Origin: Lingula anatina
Taxonomy: Eukaryota; Animalia; Brachiopoda
Reading direction: 5' to 3'
Assembly: GCA_051362555.1 (NCBI GenBank)
Contig: CM120642.1
Span: 3,720,001-3,784,000 of the forward strand
DNA: 64,000 nt
Below are positions 39,341 to 50,500 of the stretch, piece after piece. A program made the position numbers and the translations under genes. The notes below the pieces were generated by a model. It saw only the letters and a list, made by a program, of their open reading frames with translations, was not told where the DNA came from and did no database searches. How positions within the stretch are numbered: the first letter of the stretch is position 1; every line of letters begins with the position of its first letter.

Positions 39341-40216
39341 ACCCTGAGCTTCAGAGATAACTTGACACTAACCTCTTCACAATAGCCTATCTTCATTGTG
39401 TCAAGTTACCTCTGACCACATTCGATTGCCTCTGCCGCCCGCCAATCAAATTTAAAGCCCGCACTCAATGACTCATTGAACGATCTAGCCAATGAACGCG
39501 AACGAGTCAAAGCGTGCTTTGTTCAAATCCGGACCAATCAAAGATAAGGCTGAATATCAGGGACTTGCCGTAACCTGTGGGCGGCACGCAAAATACATCA
39601 TCCCTCAGTAGATAATGATGCAGGGCCTCAAACTGCTCTGGTTTCAATTCCGATATACTCATATTTTGCAAAGAATCAAGAGATAACTTAACACATTATT
39701 TTACGGAGTCACTCGTAGGAGACGCCATGCTTTCTTTGTGTACGGTTATGCACTCGGTACTACTCGGATGTCTCCGCACTCGACAATAACTTTGTTGTTA
39801 GTATAGAGCTTGCGGAATCAGCCGAAGATTGCCGATTGACGGTCAACCAATCAGTGTTTTCACCAAACTTTGGTGAAAAATTTTGAAACTTGGATTCGAT
39901 TGGCTTATATAAACTAGGTCAAACTATTTTCGTCAGAGGTAACTTGACACGATGAAGATAGGCTATAGTGAAGAGGTTAGTGTCAAGTTATCTCTGAAGC
40001 TCAGGGTGACACACACACACACACCAAAAAAAATCATTTTCTTTCTATGTTTATTGTTTTTCCATGTATCATCCTCATTTTGTGTTTAAATACAAACATT
40101 TGTCGCACAAAAACTTTTTATGGACCGGAATTTATTTCGGATGTGTATAATTAATATTTGGGGCTTTTTTTCAGTCAAGACTGGCATTTATGAGCATGGA
40201 AGTCATGGACTGCTGA
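3108..40216 (+). CDS. ABCA2: ATP-binding cassette subfamily A member 2-like full transporter (multi-exon)
   Basis: Exon 1 (3108-3176) [23 protein letters not shown] and exon 2 (4752-4845) [25 protein letters not shown] match the ABCA2 N-terminus. TMD1 [18 protein letters not shown] (~19025). NBD1 GHNGAGKTT (~27016), LSGGMKRKL and ILDEPT (~28225-28310). TMD2 [17 protein letters not shown] (~32590). NBD2 GVNGAGKTT (~35782), YSGGNKRKL (~36716), DEPTTG (~37232). Penultimate exon 38893-39063; last exon 40175-40216 ([13 protein letters not shown]) resembles the ABCA2 C-terminus. GT-AG introns at the junctions checked. Confidence 0.92.
5165..5305. repeat. Dispersed ~140-bp repeat; inverted copy at ~10760-10905
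   Basis: ttgatccatcctccattttt..gtcttccaacagaa..tcaatccaccc is the reverse complement of gggtagattgag..ttctgttggaagac..aaaatggaggatggatcaa, with clear divergence. Confidence 0.7.
5340..5397. repeat. (AAT)n microsatellite
   Basis: Direct run of taa/aat units. Confidence 0.95.
6995..8280 (+). repeat. ~161-bp tandem repeat, ~8 copies
   Basis: Anchor tcaagttcgaaaatcagcatga recurs near 7081, 7242, 7403, 7564, 7726, 7887, 8055 and 8217, with divergence rising toward the 3' end. A further copy plus flanking sequence is duplicated at ~9440-9830. Confidence 0.92.
10337..10520 (+). mobile_element. Small HINE-type element nested in the larger element
   Basis: 13-bp subterminal IR acctctgccaagg / ccttggcagaggt, 3' stem-loop gcactc-tcg-gagtgc, end ttttctagt, inserted in T-rich sequence. 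Confidence 0.75.
14084..14573. mobile_element. Degenerate MITE, possibly PIF/Harbinger-like
   Basis: Imperfect inverted ends gcctatttacaaag / ctttgtgaaacagg and repeated internal tctcatta motifs. Confidence 0.4.
19830..20113 (+). repeat. Diverged tandem copies of the downstream ABCA2 splice acceptor plus exon start (~72-bp monomer, 145-bp dimer), interrupted by the DIRS element
   Basis: cccaatctgatgtggaccacagcattgtttaaaataatccccaagtac occurs at 19921 and 20066. The array resumes at ~24774-24920 and merges into the real exon (ccttccag|TCTTTGATGTCAACCACAGCATTTGG). Confidence 0.85.
20465..21529 (+). CDS. DIRS gag-like ORF1 (5' end probably disrupted; first in-frame ATGs at 20468 and 20567)
   Basis: Position ahead of pol. 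[25 protein letters not shown] and FLFGDDL motifs and an RG-rich basic C-terminus, as seen in DIRS gag-like proteins. Confidence 0.8.
   Translation: MMAGRVKGSRLPKTLSLWRNPRQRIILSSDEDNIMSLLVSLKASVDAQDGRLENIVSRIDNMEAQYAQYDDEVYVDNECVEPEEAGTTGEKRKLDSYLPDTEDNLFKHMAKKFNMSEEMADNVDDVLAKTVNDLFMNGLDEQHLNELIKQNHRPGNCDYLQVVKTNQLIWDQVPGWTKANDRKMQNIAHTLVKGANILVKTVNQMALYERNPEKDTSDHIGSMIENCNDVLALMGHMNRQINMTRKDFLKPQLSGEYAHLCSHELTYSQKFLFGDDLPKMARDIEDCSKIKHKLFDRSLRGRRGRGARGRGSVYRGVNRPTGGGRPRVWQDDPGAGPSFAKNYVRRGQRNLPKQ
21460..23577 (+). CDS. DIRS pol: reverse transcriptase, RNase H and C-terminal DNA N6-adenine-methyltransferase-like domain
   Basis: Frame open from 21460 with no early ATG. Motifs AGRL..F...[31 protein letters not shown] (RT); [30 protein letters not shown] (RNase H); DIDCFAS and YLFPPF (MT-like). 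Confidence 0.95.
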   Translation, partial: SWSRAFFCKKLCTQGTEESAQAINEVNNYFEAGRLADFIDQWKLITSDLFILDIVKHCHINLDFNGGIPAIVKSNCKFNRLEMSIIDIEIKKLLDMKVIIPVNSEAGQILSPIFLRQKENGEYRLILNLKELNRFIPYQHFKMETFEKTLPLITKNVKMGSVDIRHAYYSIKLADEQQKFFRFQWRDKIYQYTCLPNGVSEGPRLFTKLLKPVFGKLRSLGYVSSGYIDDSLIIGSDDLECTENLNATVTLLSKLGFIINEDKSVLRPTSKLKFLGNVIDSDKMIVTLPLDRQEKIISACEELYNVSKAPIRQVARVIGLLVASFSAVDYGKLYYRKLERAKIKALQESKGNYDAPMIISNSMRSDLIWWIVNLKSQHRVIARPNPSETLHTDASTLGWGASYKNNNFGGRWTDVEGKLPINVLELMAILNALKSLKRDLKSKHIKVMSDNTTAVSYINNMGGTVSENCNKVACDIWIWCISHDVWLTCTHIAGKNNEAADKASREFKDDLEWKLDSKIFHKICNFWGIPDIDCFASRINAQVETYCSWKPDPNCSFVDAFTIDWETFNSVYLFPPFSLLGNCVQKVRQDRAKGIIVAPMWPTQAWFPRLMELLVEKPVIIQKKKNLLRLPHLQLKHPLEGKLRLIACKVSGIVSENEDFQRTLPKYLCCLGKQGHKNNITHTLTGGFSTVVKGRLLHFRQLWKQ
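23259..24380 (+). CDS. DIRS tyrosine recombinase (integrase), overlapping the pol 3' end
   Basis: N-terminal SW..GT.KQY...W region, then catalytic-type motifs [17 protein letters not shown] and TFAKFY. Uninterrupted 373-codon frame. Confidence 0.93.
   Translation: MAHTSMVSETDGIVGGETSHNTEKEESFKTSSPAVETPFGREIKTDCLQSVRNSFRERGFSEDSTKILMLSWKTGTQKQYNTHINRWFQYCSKRTITPLSPTLEAVIEFLTEQFNKGLGYESLNTARGALSALGINFDGFRIGNHPLIIRYMKGVFAARPSQPRYTEVWDVERVLTYLRKLSPVKHITLKDLTLKLVMLMALTQAARTQTLQLLSFQGYKKLRTEFLFKLDGSLKQNRPGYNVVSVSFKAYPPDRRLCVYTVLKEYLFRTKVMRNDKNCARLLISYMKPHHNVARDTVARWIKTVMSRAGIDTYTFSSHSVRAAATSKAKASAVPISVIIDKAGWSKKSTFAKFYDKRIVSNQDRFQDGVLGK
25786..25928. repeat. Degenerate pentanucleotide (ATGAC)n repeat
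   Basis: atgac/atgat/ttgac units in an ABCA2 intron. Confidence 0.85.
26350..26580. repeat. Degenerate ~45-55-bp minisatellite abutting a splice acceptor
   Basis: Recurring aacatgttgcagttat..ttttatatt..atatgtcaa.tactg units. Confidence 0.7.
32977..33161 (-). mobile_element. Short Penelope-like insertion with fold-back arms, degenerate hammerhead core and 14-bp direct flanks
   Basis: Direct repeat tatatctaaactat at 32977-32990 and 33148-33161. 39-bp inverted arms at 32988-33026 and 33072-33110 (1 mismatch). The minus-strand loop reads CTGATGA-AGGCC..GGCC-GTAA-GCT. Confidence 0.6.
39340..40008. mobile_element. 669-bp MITE with 77-bp TIRs (CAC...GTG ends, CMC/EnSpm-like) inserted in a (CA)n tract, last ABCA2 intron
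   Basis: TIRs at 39340-39416 and 39932-40008 (caccctgagcttcagagataacttgacac...), near perfect. AC flanks both sides; no ORF inside. Confidence 0.88.
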
Positions 40217-43104
40217 TGTAAGGTTGAAAAGAGATTAACCAAGACAAGCCACACAAGCATTAGAACTTTTGTGCTCCTGTCCAGGCATTTGTGCTATTGA
40301 TGTGCCTTCAGACTGGGTTAGAATTAACATTGATAAGAAACCCAACAATACCTTATGGACAAAACTCTCATTTTTGCAGTCCACTGTTCCTCAGTCTTGA
40401 GTAATTTTAATCTCAAGGAGTCATCTAGGCCCTTAAGCAAGCATAATTATATTTTAAAAAGAAATAAGGCATTTGTGAACTGTATTAGAATAATGATGGA
40501 TTGTTTGCATTTGATGGTCTTAAATGAAGTGTTTATATTACTTTTTTTAAGCTATTTATAAACCACTATCAAAGCATTTGAAAGTTTGTTTTAATACTTC
40601 TGCAGCTGGGCAGCCCTTTTGGGAAGTGTTTTGATAAGAAAGAAAGGATTAAAAAGAAGTGATACATTTATGACATTCCTGCATTATCAAACATTTGTGC
40701 AAAAATTATTCAATAGAGACTCAGAAATTGTGGGTCTATCTTGATAAGTCTTTTTTGACAAAAATTCAAAACATTCAGGTACTTAAATGTACTGCTATTT
40801 CTATTTCTGTGTGTTATTTCTTTTCTTCTTGTCTAAAATTAATAAAATGCTAGTCTTAATTGATTTGGATTCTTACCGTAGTTGGTTCTGTGGTAATGCT
40901 TTCATTACTGAAGTAGTCAGTTGATTAAAATATTTTATAGAAGTTGCCAATCAGAAAAAGTGGAAATGCCAATTGAAGTGTTGGGATATGTTGGTTATCC
41001 AGACTAGTCTGTAATCAGATTACTATATAGGTTTCCTGAGCCATAGCATGACTGGACATTTATTTATTGCTCTTTTACCTGAAAGTTGGACCGTGTAATA
41101 ACATTGAATATGTTGAAACTTATGTGAAATAGTGCAACTGGTACACTTGATGTTGAGATTGTTTTTACAATATATATAATATACACATATATTGCTGATC
41201 TTATTTATTTTTAAGTGTAATCTATTGTTATTGTCATAATCATGTCATCATATGTTATTTGTGCGTAAGCACCTCATTTACTTTATTTTACACTTGCGTT
41301 CTCAGTTATTGTTGCATGTTATATTATAAAGATGACAGTTTTAAAGTATATTTGAAGGCACCTGGATTTCTTCTGCTGCATTTATATATGTTTCCACTTC
41401 TTCTTCCTTGCATGAATTTTCTCAGTTATGGGATTATTAATAATTTTTTAGTACGATGATCTGTTCAAGTTAAAGTGTTTAATGTAATAGATAATAATGT
41501 TTAGAATAATATATAAATTATGAACTGGAGCATATCATGTGTAAAGTATGTGGTGATTTGCTCACAGCAGAACCATGACATAGTGTTAGGAAGCTACAAA
41601 TTGCACTTGTAATGTCACTTTAAGAGCCCTTTTTACATGGAGTGGTACACTTAACCAGTCCAGAACACTATGAGGGATAACCAACTTCATAGCCTGGCTA
41701 TTCCTTTAGTAAGTCACCTAAATGGCACCCCTGTTTCAGCAGGAAACAAACTTGTAAGAGATACTATAGTAGAATCACTTTCAAAGTATACTGGTCCAAT
41801 GTCATGTAAGTGTATTGCTCAATGTAAGAAGTACCTAAAAATCTATTTTAAAAGGATAATAAAGAATTGCAATATTTTTTAGGTATATCCTATGTACTTT
41901 TCCAATACTTATTTTATAATCATACAAATGGCCTTTTAGTGAAGCTCAGATGATTCAGCATTTAAAATTTCAAAGGTAACTGAGGTCAAACAAAATCAAT
42001 TAGTTACATTTTCTCCAAATATGTTTTTGTTTTCTGTTCCTTAAACATTTAATAAATAGGTACTTATGTACTGTTAAGAATAAATTAGATAAAAAGAAAT
42101 TGGTGCTTAAAAATTAATGAGAAACTGCAATGTGCAATAATGTTACTGATGTGATTCCCAAATCATAGCTGAGGTTTAAATAAAGTATATTTGTACTGGC
42201 TTAGAACTGTCAAAGTACTTCAGGTTTCCATGTAATTGTTCAATAGTAAGTGGCACTGATTTGATGAGCAGCAGAGGACTTGTCTGAGGAATGACTGCTG
42301 AATCTTTATACCTTATCACCATAACATCAGGATTAAGCTAACGTACTTTCAAACTTAAGGGTTGTATTTTTGTCCTTCAGAACTGGCCTTAAAAATATAT
42401 GGAAAAAAAAAAAGAAAATAAATCTATTCAACCAACTAGATATTATAAGTGTTTCTAATATTTTTCTATGTGAACAAGATTATTTACACCTCAGTTGTAC
42501 AAGAAAGCACCAGCACCATATTTTGGTAAAAATTATTACAAAATAGAACCTCGTAAAGGATGATAATAAGTTATCGTTTAAAGGGATAACAACTCATTTT
42601 GGCATGAAAAGTGCCATAAAATGAATTTTCCTGGAGTATATGTCAATTTCCCATACTTCCCAAAGGTGAATGAATTTGTTCCAACATTCAAAGTCCATCG
42701 ATTTTTTTTTCAATGTTTTTAGAAATAGATTGTTACAGATGACAGCACGCTATCTTGCAAAACCAGGATATTACAATTAACTGTCATTTTGGTGGAAAAT
42801 TGCAATTTATTACATTGTTGTGTATTTTTTGCAATATATTTACTGGGGAATTTTGAATCTCATATGAAGATTTATTTTGGTCTGAAACAGTTGACCTTAG
42901 TATAATACATTCCTTGACAAAAGTGAAAGTTTTTGTCGCATCATTAAACTCATAGTTCTTAAACTTTATTTCAGTGAAAAGTCCACATTTTTACATTTTT
43001 CTTCAAACTCATCCCTGGTCAGATACACAGCCACAGGACTAGCAAGTCTGTTACATTTCTGACTTTTTTTTTCAATTGACACATTTTTGCTGCACTTATA
43101 ATTG

Positions 43105-43610
43105 CTATCGACATGGTGCTTGTACCCCAGTGGATTCAACTTGGCTTTTTAATTCATTAATGGCTTCAGACAGTCTGCCACCCATCTTCTGAAGCTCCTC
43201 GTAGTAAACCTTCAAAGTCTCGGGGGCAGCACGCAGGTCTTTACTGAGTTCAATAAACTGTATCACTTTATTGTAAAATTCACTGACGTCAGTGTCCCTG
43301 TCCTCTGAATGCTGCTGTTGTGATGGCTGGGATATTGTGTTAGGTGTGACAGTGGGTGTGCCTGCAGCACAACTCTCATCTGAAACATCCATCAAACCAC
43401 TGGCTTCAGTATCATTAGACCCAGACTCTGGAAGGAGATAGGAATCTATTGTCTTCAATAATGTAAACATTGTAAAGGGAAGATTTGTAAATCATTATCT
43501 GAGCAAATGCATATTAATTTTTTTGATCCTTCTCCACTTCTATGAACCATGAAAATTACATACTAGTAGGCAATTTCATCTTGGGTAAATCGTTTTAAGA
43601 GACCATGACT

Positions 43611-43646
<36 letters not shown>

Positions 43647-44080
43647 TGTGCGTTTGTGTGTGTGACTAGTAAATACAAGAAATATGAATAAACTCCAAAG
43701 GTTGTGACAACCTTGGCAAATGGTGACAGTTAAATCCAATCAAACAGTACTAGTGATTAGTGCACAAATGTACAAAGATACAGAATAGCACACTAATCTT
43801 TTTTTTTTTTTTTTTAACTTTTAGACAGGTTACTGAGGTATTAAAACAACTTAAGGTATCAGGATGGCTAGAATCAATATATCAAAGGCAAAAATACATG
43901 AATAAATAAAGAAAATTAACAATCAAATGACTAAATCTAATGACCTTCGAAAATCTTTTTTATCATGGTATATACAACATCGCCCGCTGTGACGTGTTGC
44001 AGGTCTCCCTGAATTTGTTCCAATGTAGGTGGCTCTGGCCTGGCAGGTAGAACGGGGACGGGGGGTTTCTTCTTCGGCAT
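43105..44080 (-). CDS. C19orf25: UPF0449 / C19orf25-like small protein, two coding exons (44080-43945 and 43445-43105)
   Basis: Exon 1 MPKKKPPVPVLPARPEPPTLEQIQGDLQHVTAGDVVYTM resembles the LPTRPAPPTVEQILEDV...DPVFT motif of C19orf25. A phase-1 GT-AG join leads to exon 2, which has a C-terminal coiled coil (YNKVIQFIELSKDL...LSEAINELK). Confidence 0.78.
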
Positions 44081-44559
44081 ATCTTTACGACCAATACATA
44101 AAACGCCGTACTACTCGTAACTGTAGGTTTGGACAATTTTCCTATTTACCTAGAAACACAAAATATGGAATGCCATCATACCAGTAAATCCACTTGCGAT
44201 GTTTTCTACAGAATAGCTTTTGCACTTTAGTTCACTTATTCGTCACTAGATGAAGCATGTGCTCTGTTATTACAAGATAAACTCCCTCTGACAAATGCTC
44301 AGGTCGTTATCGATTTCAAGAGCAATTAGGTGAAAAAAGATGCCAAAATATATTTTGTAACTTTGGGAGTTAAATTTAAGAAGTATGGCATTTAATCAAT
44401 TTCATATGACAACGGCCAAGAGATTCACACTACGTATCAGATTGGCATGTAAAAGTGCCACCTATCGAGTAAATAAAGCGTAGCACACGCAGACATTTAT
44501 CTGGAAAATTACAGCATAAAGAAATCAATTCTGGTGTTTTTTCACAAGTTTAACTGGCC
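44081..44559. promoter_or_regulatory. Bidirectional promoter region between C19orf25-like and ATF6
   Basis: Divergent ATGs 480 bp apart, CpG-richer sequence, reverse CCAAT (attgg) at 44441. Confidence 0.6.
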
Positions 44560-47500
44560 ATGGCGGCGGATGTTTTATCAGCCACTGATACCCAGTTTTT
44601 TGCGGATAATTTATTGTCGAATGAAGATTGGGGTAAGTCTATTTTTGCTAATAAGATGCCAATAATTGAGTTGTTGCCAGGTACGAAGAAATCGCACCTG
44701 GGCCATACACCCACAACCCGGATGTTTCTTACCCTGCGATGTCTCTCTGGAAATTCTACTGGGGCGTATCTAAAGGTTCCGTGAAATGAGCGGTATAGTG
44801 TAAACCATGTTGTCGTCTGTCGTGTATCGTTCCACTCTGATATTGTATGTTCCGTTTCCTGCATTTGTCGGCTTTGGGAACTGAAAATTGTAAATTGCTA
44901 AATAGTAGCTTTTAGTTTCACACTACCAGTTCTAGGGAACAAGGCGTACTATATTGCTGCAACAGTGTGATGTCATGTCTTATCATACAGTATAACTTGA
45001 TTGTAGCAGTAAAACAAACAGTGCTTTGATGTCATTTATGTAGTTTTTCTTCCCAAGGCAAGGTTCACAAAAATATAACAGGGTGAAGATAAATACATGT
45101 ATGTTTAGGATGTAAAATCTTTTACTATTCCTTATTTTTCATCATTTTTTGCACTTTTTATGTTTTTTCCGGATTAAAAATAAATTACATGTTCAGTGAT
45201 GTTGCGGAAAAACACACAAACACACAAGAATTTTGGCATCAGCAGCTGATTAGGAAATTATGAAATGTTTCATGAAATTGCATAACTTTACATGTTAGCT
45301 TATTTCATTTTCTTCTGTATTCTAGATTTGTTTTTATACCACTGATGGTACCTCATTGTGTGAAGAGATTTGATATTATTCATCACTAATTTTGAAAAAT
45401 ATCACATAATTTAACAAAGATTTTTTTAATTAATTATATATTGAGTAGCTTGCTTGTGGCTTTAATATTATTTTTTTTAAAATTCAGTTCAGTCTTTATA
45501 ACAGAGTATGGCGTAAGTGTTTGAAAATGAGTGTGATCTATTGTTATAAATTATCTTGTTGTGACAGTGATAATAGAGACATTTAAATTGCCTTAATGAT
45601 GATAATTAAAACTGTACTAAATGGCACTTAAGTACTGATAAGATATTTAAGATATTATCTCTTTTACAACCCTCTTCCTGTGATGCTACTCTATGGGAAA
45701 TCTTACTGTAAAGCAATGAGAAAGATAACAATAATTAATGTTCATTGCTAACTGACTTATATACTGTAGTGACAAATTTATAGTTAGGATACTAGTTTAT
45801 GAAGAGGTGATATTTGGGTGCATGTGAAACATTAATGGAGGATGATAACTCTAAAATCTACAAAAAAATGTACTGATTATGATATCATTTACTCTTTAGA
45901 ATTTTGTAAGATTTAAGTGATCAAGTCCCCCCCCCCCCCAAAAAAAAAAATATATAACATTTAATAATAATAATAACAAGTTAAATAAAAGATCCAGGCA
46001 ACCAAAGTGAAAAAAAAGAGCACCTGTTTAGAAGACTGACTTCTTTTTGCCTTAGATGTTTTAAGACTAAACTAACATTTTGTCATAATCTGTACTAGTG
46101 TATGTGTTTTAAACTGATATCTTATTCAGAGTGAAGCTATAAGGTGCTGCTTGTTTATAACTACAGAAGGTCATGGACTTATTATACATGTATATAAAGG
46201 GTCCCACATATGACTTTATAATTGCTTTTAAAATGCCATATTTTGTCTGCTGGCAATAAATCAATATTCCCAACATTTAATTACCTTATTTTTCCATGCT
46301 ATACTTTCAACGTAGCTTTTTAAATTAATATTTATGAAGTATCAGTTCACATAGCAGTGAGCACTATAAAGACTTTGTCTCTTTGTCTGATAATGTTTTG
46401 CCTCAGGTTATCATCCTATCATACAATAAACAAAGTTATCCTCTACAAACAATTGCCATTTAAGTACAAACAATCATATTTTATTACAATATGGCAATAG
46501 TAATAGTTTTGTGTTTATATTATTGATTTTATGTTTCTGTCACCTCATTTCTGTTTGCAGATATATCTCTGTTAGATACTGTGTATTGTGTCCCAATTGC
46601 TTGATGTTGGCCTCATTTTTCATATAGAAGTAACTTATTTTTCATGAGAAAATGTCATTCTGTTGGCATGATTACAAAATATGCAGGGTTATTATTTCAG
46701 GATTTAATAATTCAGTTTTGCCTGATGATGTAGTACGTAGCATGCAGAAGATAGGGGTTGTCATTTCCACCTGAGAAATTAGTGTGACAACAGGACTTTT
46801 GAGAAAACAGCCTGAAAAAAATATCTGCCACATTAGTAATGCACTTCAGCAGAAAAAAAAAGAGAATTTAAGTCATTAGAGAACTAAAGAGTGGTGAAAA
46901 TAATTTTTAATGGGTAGCATGCCTAGCAACCACAGATTGGTACAGTTTATTTTAGTGAATATACTGTAACTGCAGCATTAAAAGAGTTTACGATGCATGA
47001 ATATTCAGCTTGATTGCTTACAGGTAGAAAAAGATTTAGACTGAAGAAGCTATTGGGATTGATTATTTATGAATGTAGGAAATCAGACCATTCACTATGA
47101 TGATTGTTGAAATACTGAATTTAGATATATATCTGAAAGCATTCTGCTCATCATGCCTGTTTTACTGTGTAGCATTCTGAAGTCCATTTTTTTCCCAAGA
47201 AATAGTATGAGTACAAATATTTTCAGTCTTCTTTTGACCAAGCAATAGTTTCCTGTTATATGAAGTGAAGTGTGTACAAGAGCAAAGCCTGATCTTAACT
47301 CAAAGGAGATAAGTCCATGTATTGTTGGGTGATTACATGTCTAATATTGAACTGAAGAGGAAGTCGGGTCATTGTTTGTGGAAAAGCTAATGGTGGTATA
47401 ACTATAATTGTTCCATATATCTTTGTTTCATGCACTACGTCACCTGTCTATTGTGTTACAGCTACAATACATCAAAAGCTTGGATCAATTTGTCAGGTCA

Positions 47501-50500
47501 AATATGATTGGTCATTTAACACTTGCTATGATGCGGGCACAGGTAGCATTTGTAGTCTTTGTTTCTTTGTCTCTTGGGAGTTTCACTTGCTGGTTGATTA
47601 TTTTTGGTCTTGCATTTTCTTCTGTGTTTTTTGCCATGGAACAGAACTGGCCGTTGCTGGACTCAGCTGACCCTTTAGATGTGGTGTACGCAGAATATTT
47701 TCAGTGAATAATATCTGGTTACATCAGCCACAAAAACAAGCACAGAGTTGAGCTGGGGATACCATGTGGTCTATAAATCATCTCACTGAATTAAGTAATT
47801 GCCATTTAATTCAGTTGTTTTGAATTTTTTAAAACTGCTTTTGTACTGTTCTTCCATGTGGAAATGTGAAATGGTCTGGAGGACTTCTGGCATGGGAAAT
47901 ATCTCTGAACTCTTTATTAAGCAAGATGATCATGTGCCTATAATATAATATAAATATCACACTGCATGCAACTGTTCTCATGTTTAAAAACTTATCTTGA
48001 AGAAGGAAACCAGGGAATAATTGTTAAACACTTAAAGAAGAGCAGAAGAAAACAAGTGTTGAAATTACTAGTTTTGTAATATGCGATGTCATTTTTTTTA
48101 TGCTGATGTTTCTTCTTGAAAAGAAGTGATTGCTTTGCTTTGGAAAGGAGGCTGCTAGGACTAGAAACTCGGGTTTTCTGGGAAAACAGTATCAGAGCAT
48201 TGGAAGCCAGGTCATATATAAAGTAAAAACCTACTGTACATCCTTTGCTGCAGGCAGGTGGGCTTGCATATATGACACTGGCGGCTCTTAGAATTTCAGA
48301 TATATGCAAGTGTCACAGATGTTGTAGCAAGACTATAACACATTTTATAGCCAGTAGCAGTCATTATCAGCAGTAGTTTTCATACATGAATGATTGGAAT
48401 AGCTTTATTCTTGTGCCTTGTTATGGCAATTTTGGGGATGGAATCTTGAAAACAAGAGAAAAGGGATCATTTGTGGCAGTTTCCAGTTGATTTAAGAAGG
48501 CATGCCTTCGGCGCAAGAACCCACGTTCCAAGACTTGAGACTGTAATGACTCTGTGATGTAAGAGTTATATCAGAGCTACAGTGGTACTGGTTTTTATGC
48601 AGATTTTTTTATTCAGCTATATTGGGATTGGTACCAAGAACATGGCTTTTGTTGGTTTAATGTTGCTGGATTTTTTGGCAACTTTAAAAGCAAGGCACCA
48701 AAGTTCAGAGATCTAACAGTCACGGAGTGAAGATACAACCTCGAGCAGTTCTTCTGATTGTAGTAGAGGCATAAGCTGAAGGCTAGGCAATACAAACCTT
48801 TACCTGTCTCACATCTTACACTTTATAATACCAGCATTGAAAAATATTGCTTGTGTGCTAAATTATTAAGTATTCTGAAGTGAGTTATTTCCAACGCATT
48901 GCTTGGAACTTAAACGACGGAAAGATTGGAGATCTATACAATTTTGCAAGAGGGAAAGAAAGACTTGAAATGGCATATGAAAAAGCATTTTCTTGGTTGA
49001 ACAATGTGTTTGGATACGAAGGTTGGTTACAAAAAAGAAAATTATCAGTATATCTCACAACAGGTTCATGATTTTATGATAATGTTGAATGGTTGAGATC
49101 GCACTGCATGTTTCTTGCGGAGAAAGATGGGTGTACTAGTACAGCAGTTATGATGACTCTCTACAACCAAACAAAATGTGTTAACACAAGGACAAGTTAG
49201 GTACCATAATATATGTAATCTTTCCAGATCCAGCTCACCTGGACAAGTTAGATGACTTCTCCAGTCTCATAGATGTGGAGGCAAGTTTAGCCTCTGATGA
49301 ACTGCTTCACCAGCTGCCACAGGATTTAGAGGTATGGAGAGCTATCTTGAATAATGAAGAGATTAATTAATGAAATGAACATAATTTTTTGCTTTGCTTG
49401 ATAATGTCAAGGAAAGTGGACAATTGGGTGTCAGCTTTACACAGGGCATGTACGAGCATGCATCTTTGTGTTGAAATTTAAAAGACTGTTGACTTAGGAT
49501 TATCTTTGGTTCACTCAGTGATTTCAGATCTCTGTGGGTTTTCATACTTTTTGTTGCATATAATATGAAGTTTTTTTTAAAACAAATTGTTCCCTCCAGA
49601 AGTGCAGTCAGTGAAATGAATCCCACTGCCTCTACAATGTTAAACTTAGTGCTAAGAATGTTGCTTCTGTGGTGACATTAAGTAGACTTGAAGTAGACTG
49701 GGTTTATAAAAACAACTTCACACTGAAATTATGTCCTCATTTTAAGACTTTGAGAGAGATTTTGGTCTACTTCAATTTGGGATAAATCTGCAGTTACTCA
49801 TTATAAAAACAGTAGTCATTTTTCTTTTTATAAACTAAAGGCCATTTTTATTTAATTTGACTACTACTTATTCAGATATTGGTTCAAAGGGGGCTAAATG
49901 ATTTTGTCTAAAAGTGTAGTCCAACATTCAGTGTGAAGGTCCTTTGTGAAACAGACTTTGCGGGCCAGGTCAGGAATAATCTCAAACTGAAGTAGGCCAT
50001 ACTTTACTCAAATAGATAAGACCAACTTTTAGGCTGTATTCCCAGAGCTTTTAGATCGATCTATCCCCGCAGGGAGTCTCACTAAATTACTGTCAGATAA
50101 TCCAAATTAAATGTCCGTCCCGCCTACTACAAGCTGTAAGGGGGTAGTTAACTTTCGTGTCTGCTCGGCTGACAGCTATTTAGCGTGAACCCCCAGGGAG
50201 TTAGGTCGATCTAAAGTAGATCGATCTAAACTCTGGAAATGGGGTCTTAGTCTCAAGTTGTTTTGTAGAAAGGGACCCCAGTACCTCACAGTATCCCCTC
50301 CTTGTTTTCAGCTGCCTATGTTAGAAGATGGTATGAGTCCTGGAGAGTTGGGGGAGTTTGACTTTGGTCCAGACTGGATGGAAACAGACGGGTTGAGGGA
50401 CCCTGGGGATAACAGCAGTGACAGTGGCATCAGCAGTAAGTAGACAGCTGTAATCAATGTCACTTAAAATTGCTGAACAGGGTGAATTGGAAGATGTAAA

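Noticed and set aside
44420-44450. ERSE autoregulatory element in the ATF6 promoter
   Set aside because: CCAAT is present on the minus strand, but the N9-spaced CCACG is not.
47408-47707. 99-aa hydrophobic ORF or extra ATF6 exon ([12 protein letters not shown])
   Set aside because: No donor site in a phase compatible with the next ATF6 exon was found, and there is no recognisable homology.
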